From Moraxella nasicaprae (GTDB lineage: Bacteria > Pseudomonadota > Gammaproteobacteria > Pseudomonadales > Moraxellaceae): a stretch of 32,000 nt of DNA. The position numbers and the translations under genes were made by a program. Below are positions 22,066-27,597 of the stretch, one piece after another. The notes under the pieces are model-generated. The model was not told where the DNA came from, did no database searches, and saw only the letters and a list, made by a program, of their open reading frames with translations. Position 1 is the first letter of the stretch. Every line of letters starts with the position of its first letter. The stretch covers positions 1,920,001-1,952,000 of the forward strand of contig NZ_CP089977.1 in the NCBI RefSeq assembly GCF_025643275.1. Direction: 5' to 3'.

Positions 22066-22199
22066 CTATCTTGCCATCTTTGACACCTGTTATCATCTCA
22101 ATAATAACAGTATATATGACAGTATGCGACTATAAATACCGTCAAAATCACAAAAAGTATACTGTTATGGTTCATCAAAACCTTTTTAAAATTTGGTTG

Positions 22200-22545
22200 A
22201 TTTGATTTATTTGCCCATCGGCACAATATGTCTGTAAACTCCACACTCGCCTGACCATTCATTTTGGTTAAATCTCTATGAATGCCTAATGGGAAATTGG
22301 TTGATAATGAGCAAACTGCCAATGCCAGATTGCTTATCAATCATATCAAGCAGTATAGGGTATATCTGCGGTAGCAATTTGCCCATCAATAATTAACAAA
22401 TCCACTCTGCGGTATTTTTGCTTAATCTTAGCAATACCACTATCAGCGATTGATAAAATGATGTCTTCATATAAATCCCCAGCTTAAACAAATAACACTT
22501 TCTTTGGTTTGTGATAATCATGAGTACCCAAAGCTCATTAGCTCC
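22200..22545 (-). pseudogene. degraded IstB/DnaC-like AAA+ ATPase remnant (IS21-helper type), spread over three frames
   Basis: Minus-strand pieces read KESVICLS / GDLYEDIILSIADSGIAKIKQKYRRVDLLIIDG (Walker B-like, 22346-22483), LLDMIDKQSGIGSLLIINQFPI (sensor-1-like, 22276-22350) and ...TDILCRWANKS. Stops and frameshifts separate them. Confidence 0.35.
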
Positions 22546-22574
22546 TGCCGTAATCTGTAATAATACCACTTTGA

Positions 22575-23702
22575 GCCGACCTGACCACCATCACCCACAA
22601 CGGACAAACCCAAACCACCATCCCCCAAAACCAAAACATCTTAAATGAACTAAACACACAATTAACCCAAGATACAACCGCCAAAGACACCCAAGTCTTT
22701 TTAACTCCAAACACCACCAACACAAAAGACGAGCTGGTTCAAGGGCTTGCCAATCCTAGCAAAGGACACACCTACCTTGACATAGACCATCTGGACAATG
22801 CCATAGAAACCCTAAACCACGAAATCGCCCATCACAATGGCTTAGGAGAAACTTCTGCCACAAGAATGGGCAAAATCTCTGATTTGGCGTATAATATTGG
22901 CATCAGTCTTAACCAAGGGGACATCAATACTCATAGACAAGCCATCACACCAACTGCTCAAACCCTGCAAGGTTTAAGCACCGAAGATAGACTTGCTTAT
23001 CACGCTCAAAATCAAGCCTTGCTTGATGCCAATCAAGAACAGCTTAAGGGGGAGAAGGATAATGGGGATGGGGTTTGGAATAATCGCTACATTCCTCCGC
23101 TTATCAACACCAACAACCCAAATGCAAGAAGATGGAATGTAAACAATAATCCTCACGCTCTCACGGTTCGTAGAGAAATAGAGGTTATTCGTCAAACTTA
23201 TCCAAACTTTGGTGGTATCCAACAAATTACAAATGGACCAGTTACCCGAAGAGAAGCGGCTGAATATACCGCCTTTCGTATGTTTATTAGACATGGTACA
23301 AATCAGACCCATTCTAACCATAATGCTGCTTACGATGCTTTTAGAGCAAGTCCTTATTATCAAAATTTAAATAGACCCAATTCCACACAACTTAATATTG
23401 GGTTAAATAATGCTAATTACAATGTTGCTAGGCATGAGCAGATTAATAATAGAGTTATTTCTTTTGGACAAAATTCCAATCAAATAAACCACACATGGCG
23501 ACACTTGGAAGCAAAAGGCATTAGTAGACATATTGCTGAACCTGCTATAAGAAATGATCTTGGAAGAAGGGATTTGAATTCCATCCCTATAGGCATAACC
23601 AAAGGGTTTAAGATTACAATTAATGGTCAGCAAGTCCAGTATTATATTCATAGAATTGGCGTTAATCAGTACAATATAGGTAGATCCCATGTTAAAAGAT
23701 GA
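22575..23702 (+). CDS. 5'-truncated polymorphic-toxin gene end: T/N/Q-rich exoprotein segment, conserved pre-toxin block, and a unique ~225-aa C-terminal toxin domain (CT1)
   Basis: Frame 3 is open from the TGA at 22572-74 to TGA 23700-02, with no credible start or RBS at the 5' end. Block 22811-23016 recurs at 27182-27387. The unique C-terminal end overlaps a small ORF, as in toxin/immunity pairs. Confidence 0.65.
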   Translation, partial: ADLTTITHNGQTQTTIPQNQNILNELNTQLTQDTTAKDTQVFLTPNTTNTKDELVQGLANPSKGHTYLDIDHLDNAIETLNHEIAHHNGLGETSATRMGKISDLAYNIGISLNQGDINTHRQAITPTAQTLQGLSTEDRLAYHAQNQALLDANQEQLKGEKDNGDGVWNNRYIPPLINTNNPNARRWNVNNNPHALTVRREIEVIRQTYPNFGGIQQITNGPVTRREAAEYTAFRMFIRHGTNQTHSNHNAAYDAFRASPYYQNLNRPNSTQLNIGLNNANYNVARHEQINNRVISFGQNSNQINHTWRHLEAKGISRHIAEPAIRNDLGRRDLNSIPIGITKGFKITINGQQVQYYIHRIGVNQYNIGRSHVKR

Positions 23703-24063
23703 TATGAAACTGCGTTTTCTGTGCGAAAGTGAATTATTGCTAATTTCTAAATTACTGGACTTGTGTACAGCATCTTATAAACTTCAATCATCGCTCGAGC
23801 AAATATTGGTTTTTGATTTGACTGATGATGGAGGTATGGGTTCTTTGGAATTTTTTTATGACAGCGATTGTGTGAGGGAATTTGATAAACCGTTAATACA
23901 AGCTGAGACTTATGATACTGATGGTAGAAAGATAATGCTTGAATTGTCTTTGGATAATTATGGTTATTTGTATCAGCTAGATAGCTGGACATCTGATTTT
24001 AACCCACTGGTTAGCCCATTAGGCACATTAAATATTTTAGAGAACATAAGACTTGATTTCTAG
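23689..24063 (+). CDS. putative immunity protein for CT1 (acidic, 124 aa)
   Basis: The ATG lies 14 nt inside the toxin frame (alternative ATG at 23704). The DDGGMGSLEF ... LDSWTSDFNPL pattern resembles small immunity families seen next to Rhs/CdiA toxins (from memory, unverified). Confidence 0.6.
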   Translation: MLKDDMKLRFLCESELLLISKLLDLCTASYKLQSSLEQILVFDLTDDGGMGSLEFFYDSDCVREFDKPLIQAETYDTDGRKIMLELSLDNYGYLYQLDSWTSDFNPLVSPLGTLNILENIRLDF

Positions 24064-24136
24064 GTTGGTTAAGGTAAATTTTAGTTTAGGTCTTAAAATA
24101 CTGGCTATTATTGCTGTTTTATCTGATTAGGACTAT

Positions 24137-24262
24137 ATGTTGGTTAAAGACAATGCGGCTGGAAAACCAACTGCTCATGGTGGAAGTTACTGGAAGCTCT
24201 TAGATAAGCATGGTAATAGAATAGGTACACTTTCAAAAGATGGTATATATTTACGCAAATAA
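24137..24262 (+). pseudogene. orphan toxin 3' tail (41 codons)
   Basis: Reads ...AAGKPTAHGGSYWKLLDKHGNRIGTLSKDGIYLRK*. The frame opens only at 24131 and there is no RBS. It ends 17 nt before the next small ORF. Confidence 0.45.
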
Positions 24263-24279
24263 TATTTGAGGTAATGTTA

Positions 24280-24725
24280 ATGCATAATTTTATATATGTT
24301 TGTTATTTATCTTGTTTTGATCACTGGCTTACAGAGATAGAGGCTGATGAGTGTCAAATTTTAATCTTTGATATTGCAAAAGACAACAGAAATTTGGATG
24401 AGTACTTTGAAGGGGAAAAAAGATTTTTGGGTTTTTATACTGCAATCTCTGATTTGGTTGAAGATGTGAAAACTAATAAGCTTTTTAATACAAAATCAAA
24501 AAGTTTTCAGGAGATTTTGTTAAATAGCCTAAGAGAAAAGTCCCTAAAAGAAATTTATTATCCTGAAAAAAAATTTTAGTCAAAGGTGGTTATGATAGAA
24601 CAGACCTCATCTTTATCCCCAATCAAGATATTTTGAATTATATTCAGCAATTGGCACAAGAAAATAATTTATTTATTATTGAAATTATTGATTACAATGA
24701 TTACTTGTTAAATTATGATGATTAG
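24280..24725 (+). pseudogene. immunity-like gene split by a frameshift in an A8 run
   Basis: GAGGT RBS before ATG 24280, and the frame stops at 24577-79. One extra A in the A8 run (24566-24573) would join it to frame 3, ...KKILVKGGYDRTDLIFIPNQDILNYIQQLAQENNLFIIEIIDYNDYLLNYDD* (to 24725). Confidence 0.45.
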
Positions 24726-24728
24726 TAA

Positions 24729-24878
24729 ACCCTCTCCGATGCCACAGGCATCAGCACTAAGGTACTGCTTACCAGCATTACCGCCCAAAGAGGCATTCAA
24801 GGGGGAACTAACAAAGTACTGACCGTCATAGATACCCATGACAAACTATTGGCTCATCATCTAAAACATTGGAGTTAA
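24729..24878 (+). pseudogene. orphan exoprotein/toxin fragment, possibly a diverged pre-toxin block end
   Basis: A relatively GC-richer 150-nt frame, TLSDATGISTKVLLTSITAQRGIQGGTNKVLTVIDTHDKLLAHHLKHWS*. ITAQ..IQG and D.LLAHH echo ITPTAQTLQG and D.LAYH/LAHH of the repeated block. A minus-strand reading cannot be excluded. Confidence 0.3.
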
Positions 24879-24885
24879 AATTCGA

Positions 24886-25302
24886 ATGAAACAGATTGAA
24901 CTAATTATCCATACCTTTTTAAATCGTCATTTTGCTTCAGAGCTTTACTTTCTTTGGGATGTTGTTTGTGGGGTTAGTGAAAATCGCATACAACCACCCT
25001 GTGAAGAAATTATTTATGATAACGAAACGGCATTTTTTCTCGCTTTGGAATTCTTGTTTGCCCAAAACTACTGTCACTTAATAACCAATGATGGTAATAA
25101 AGAGATTGATGACGAAATAGCCAAGATGGATGCCAAACAAGCTTGTCAGCTACTTAAAGATGTTTGGATTGGTGAGGAGGCTATGAATAAGCTTGATGAA
25201 GAAAATCAGTATGTTGGTTGGTGGTTTAGGATATTATGCCCCTATAACATCGTTCATCGATATGTAGATGAAGATGGTGAAGAGAGATGGGTTCTTAATT
25301 GA
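24886..25302 (+). CDS. putative immunity protein (acidic, 138 aa)
   Basis: GGAG about 11 nt upstream of the ATG. AT-rich, acidic, Trp-rich C-terminus. It directly follows a toxin-like fragment. Confidence 0.5.
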   Translation: MKQIELIIHTFLNRHFASELYFLWDVVCGVSENRIQPPCEEIIYDNETAFFLALEFLFAQNYCHLITNDGNKEIDDEIAKMDAKQACQLLKDVWIGEEAMNKLDEENQYVGWWFRILCPYNIVHRYVDEDGEERWVLN

Positions 25303-25308
25303 TTAGCT

Positions 25309-25343
25309 CGTAGGTTGGGTTGAACAACAGTGAAACCCAATAT
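25309..25343 (+). repeat. partial copy (left arm) of the MITE-like element
   Basis: CGTAGGTTGGGTTGAACAACAGTGAAACCCAATAT matches the first ~35 nt of the element at 25760. It contains the hairpin TTGGGTT/AACCCAA. Confidence 0.6.
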
Positions 25344-25496
25344 TTATCAGGTGGAAATTTATCCCATACTGAAAGAAAGTTTAGTCTGTACGATGGTTAT
25401 TTATCTAAATCTGATACAATAATATTTCATATCAGTTCAAATATTTTATATGACCCTAAAATTACCTATGATTGTAAAAAAAGTGAAAGTGGGTAA
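25344..25496 (+). pseudogene. orphan toxin 3' tail
   Basis: Frame 3 reads LSGGNLSHTERKFSLYDGYLSKSDTIIFHISSNILYDPKITYDCKKSESG*. It has no start, and the frame opens inside the repeat. Confidence 0.35.
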
Positions 25497-25540
25497 TCAA
25501 GAAACCCAAATTTGCCAACCTAAAAAATAGCGGAGTTTTT

Positions 25541-25744
25541 ATGAACAAACAAACCTCTTTTAATCCCTATTCTCAAGAAATGTTACCAGAGGGGTTTAAA
25601 TATCCAAAAAGCTACCTTGAATTATCCAAAGATACTTCAAGCATTAACTGGGACAGCCCTGCAGATACCATCTATTCCTCCCTCTATCAAGCCAAACTAT
25701 TAGCTGAGTTTCACTTGGCTTTGATGGGGGGGGTTGGTGCTTAA
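25541..25744 (+). pseudogene. truncated immunity-like ORF (67 aa) containing a G8 run
   Basis: GGAG RBS. The N-terminus LPEGFKYPKSYLEL resembles SMI1/KNR4 (SUKH)-type immunity N-termini. The ORF ends just after G8 (25726-25733) and just before the MITE-like element. Confidence 0.4.
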
Positions 25745-25759
25745 TCACACCAAAACAGC

Positions 25760-25855
25760 CCGTAGGTTGGGTTGAACGGCAGTGAAACCTAAGCATTTAT
25801 GGTGTAACCAATTGATTTTATTGGATTGGGTTTCGTACCTCAACCCAATCTATGG
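25760..25855 (+). mobile_element. MITE-like ~96-bp element with terminal inverted repeats
   Basis: Left end CCGTAGGTTGGGTTGA versus the reverse complement of the right end, CCATAGATTGGGTTGA. Internal hairpin ATTGGGTT/AACCCAAT. A homologous copy lies at 27063-27152. Confidence 0.6.
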
Positions 25856-25923
25856 GTGGTGCATTAGGTGGAGCGGTTATGATTTGCTCAAAAAAAGTAG
25901 GAGATGCTTGTGTCAATCAATGA
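25852..25923 (+). pseudogene. orphan toxin 3' tail (Gly-rich, Cys-x7-Cys end)
   Basis: ...GGALGGAVMICSKKVGDACVNQ*. This is related to the end of the 26181-26348 frame. Confidence 0.35.
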
Positions 25924-25977
25924 TGGTTATTATAAGAATAGAACTAAGTTGAGAAACTTTCATATCAGCTTGCTAAT

Positions 25978-26184
25978 ATGCTTTTTTTATTTCTCACTAT
26001 AGCTATGTTGGCATATCTTAGATTTGTACTTCTTGCTAAAATAGTGTTCTATGTGATGTTTTTATGCATATTTCATACTTTTTATCGATGCTTTATTCTT
26101 CACCAGCATGTTATGGGAAAAATGAAAAAAAAGAAGAAAGAAGGGGTAAATCCCATTTTTGATATAGATATTTTTGATGATTGA
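25978..26184 (+). CDS. small membrane protein, putative immunity (68 aa)
   Basis: Two hydrophobic segments followed by a Lys-rich and then acidic tail. A T7 run at 25982-25988 could hide a frameshift from an upstream ATG at 25904. Confidence 0.5.
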   Translation: MLFLFLTIAMLAYLRFVLLAKIVFYVMFLCIFHTFYRCFILHQHVMGKMKKKKKEGVNPIFDIDIFDD

Positions 26185-26348
26185 TATTAAAGGGCGTTAT
26201 TGTCCCTATTGCTGGCATCAAGGGAAATGTTACTCTTTACGGAAATGGCTCTACCAGTTACTCTTATGGTCAATCGGTAGGTGCTGAAGCTGGGGTTGCT
26301 ATACAAATATGTGAAAATAAAACATCTGAATACTGTTCCCAACAATAG
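26181..26348 (+). pseudogene. orphan toxin 3' tail (Gly/Ser-rich, Cys-x7-Cys end)
   Basis: ...KGVIVPIAGIKGNVTLYGNGSTSYSYGQSVGAEAGVAIQICENKTSEYCSQQ*. The only possible start is a TTG at the frame opening. Confidence 0.4.
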
Positions 26349-26356
26349 AGGTAAAA

Positions 26357-26575
26357 ATGAATAAACATATTATCTATACATTTATCGCAGTTTGGCTATT
26401 TGGTATAATCACAGGAATTTTGGGTTTTTTGATAGACATCAATATCTACATCCACAATATTATACTTGCCATCTCGGTCTTTTTTACAATACTTCTATCT
26501 TTATGCATAGGTGGATTTGTTTTTGATTCAAATATTAAATTTTTTAAAAAAATTTTAAGAAAAAAAATCAAATAA
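26357..26575 (+). CDS. small two-TM membrane protein, putative immunity (72 aa)
   Basis: GAGG RBS 5-6 nt upstream of the ATG. Two clear TM segments and a basic C-terminal tail. Confidence 0.55.
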   Translation: MNKHIIYTFIAVWLFGIITGILGFLIDINIYIHNIILAISVFFTILLSLCIGGFVFDSNIKFFKKILRKKIK

Positions 26576-26576
26576 T

Positions 26577-26669
26577 GCAGGTGTGGACTTGCTAGATACT
26601 GAGTCTAGAATCAAGTATGGTTGCCACATGTTAGGATATACAGCAGCACAAGGCTGTAAATTAAAATGA
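26577..26669 (+). pseudogene. orphan toxin 3' tail
   Basis: AGVDLLDTESRIKYGCHMLGYTAAQGCKLK*. The stop overlaps the next ATG (ATGA 26666-26669). Confidence 0.3.
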
Positions 26670-27012
26670 ATAATTACATTCTTTTTTCTTATATGCACTT
26701 TCATCGGTCATTGCTGGTTTTTCTTTTGGGCTATGTATCTATATTATAGAATGGGTTGCTCAAAGTGGGGCGGAAATGCCATTTGCTTTCGCCTTTTTTT
26801 CCAGTATGGGCTATGCGATTTTGGGCCTTCCCAATACATCAATTTTATTTGGGGTTGATATTACCATAGAGGAATATTGGCAAGCTATGAGTAAATACAA
26901 AATTTTTTTTCTAATGATATTGGGTGGTATTCTGGCTGTTATATGCCCACCTTTGATTTTTCTTACTATCGGTGAAGAATTTGATATAATTAGAATTACT
27001 GGGTTTTTATAA
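26666..27012 (+). pseudogene. membrane immunity-like gene split by a frameshift in a T6 run
   Basis: ATG 26666 (frame 2) stops after 27 codons. One extra T in the T6 run (26682-26687) joins it to frame 1, ...LYALSSVIAGFSFGLCIYIIEWVAQSGAEMPFAFAFF..., which is the track ORF 26776-27012. Confidence 0.45.
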
Positions 27013-27062
27013 TGGGATTTATACATCCATTAATTGCCCATCTCTTGATTAAAGCTGTAGCA

Positions 27063-27152
27063 CGGTAGGCTTGGGTTGGCGATAGCACAACCTAGGCATT
27101 ATGATGTAACTCATTGAATTTGTTGGTTTTCGTACCTCAACCCAATCTACGG
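27063..27152 (+). mobile_element. MITE-like element, second full copy
   Basis: Collinear with 25760-25855 and in the same orientation. The right end TTCGTACCTCAACCCAATCTACGG is nearly identical. Confidence 0.6.
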
Positions 27153-27167
27153 GCTTAAGATTTGTAA

Positions 27168-27425
27168 AACCTATTTCTTCTCCCAAACCACGAAATCGCC
27201 CACCACAATGGCTTAGGAGAAACTTCTGCCACAAGAATGGGCAAAATCTCTGATTTGGCGTATAATATTGGCACAAGTCTTAATAAAGAGGACATCAATA
27301 CTCATAGACAAGCTATCACACCAACTGCTCAAACTCTACAAAATCTAAGCACCGATGAACAGCTTGCTCACCACACAAACAACCAAGTAATCTTATTGGA
27401 GGAGATTCTTTGGCAGTGGCTTTAA
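27168..27425 (+). pseudogene. second copy of the pre-toxin block with a degraded toxin
   Basis: 27182-27387 aligns without gaps to 22811-23016 (offset 4371). The frame opens at 27168 and stops about 20 codons after the homology ends. Confidence 0.65.
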
Positions 27426-27456
27426 ATGTGGATTATAATGGCGTTCCTGCAAAAAT

Positions 27457-27597
27457 ATGGGCGATGAACATATTAGAATTGCTGGTACAAGATACAATCG
27501 AGGTTTAGAGTTATCAAAAGAGAAAATAGAGCAAGATACATCATACGGGGACAGTATCTTAAAAAGAAAAAACAAACTAAAAGAGTTAATAAAATGA
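27457..27597 (+). pseudogene. probable last piece of the degraded second toxin (46 codons)
   Basis: MGDEHIRIAGTRYNRGLELSKEKIEQDTSYGDSILKRKNKLKELIK*. The stop overlaps the next ATG (ATGA 27594-27597). Frames 3, 2 and 1 each carry an open piece across 27168-27597. Confidence 0.35.

Noticed and set aside
21987-22205. 72-aa plus-strand ORF starting inside tRNA-Leu.
   Set aside because: It overlaps the tRNA and its terminator. It is an AT-rich run-on frame with no RBS.
22538-23690. Minus-strand ORFs 22538-22723, 22974-23363 and 23403-23690 opposite the toxin frame.
   Set aside because: They are antisense to a longer frame that carries the duplicated block and the toxin/immunity overlap. Their translations are low-complexity Ile/Asn/Val-rich.
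25353-25400. SHTERK motif in the 25344-25496 tail, considered as a deaminase H(A/T)E zinc site.
   Set aside because: There is no downstream PCxxC or CxxC partner motif (only a single Cys), and the fragment is too short to support a deaminase call.
25309-27152. Repeated hairpin elements, considered as a possible CRISPR array.
   Set aside because: There are only three copies, at irregular spacing of hundreds of bp. The units have terminal inverted repeats and sit between ORFs, and there is no short regular repeat-spacer periodicity anywhere in the window.
23058-27440. VWNN (copy 1) and NVDYN (copy 2, frame 2), considered as analogues of the CdiA VENN boundary motif.
   Set aside because: They lie in non-homologous sequence downstream of the actual homology boundary, and one is in a shifted frame. 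The resemblance is limited to 2-3 residues.
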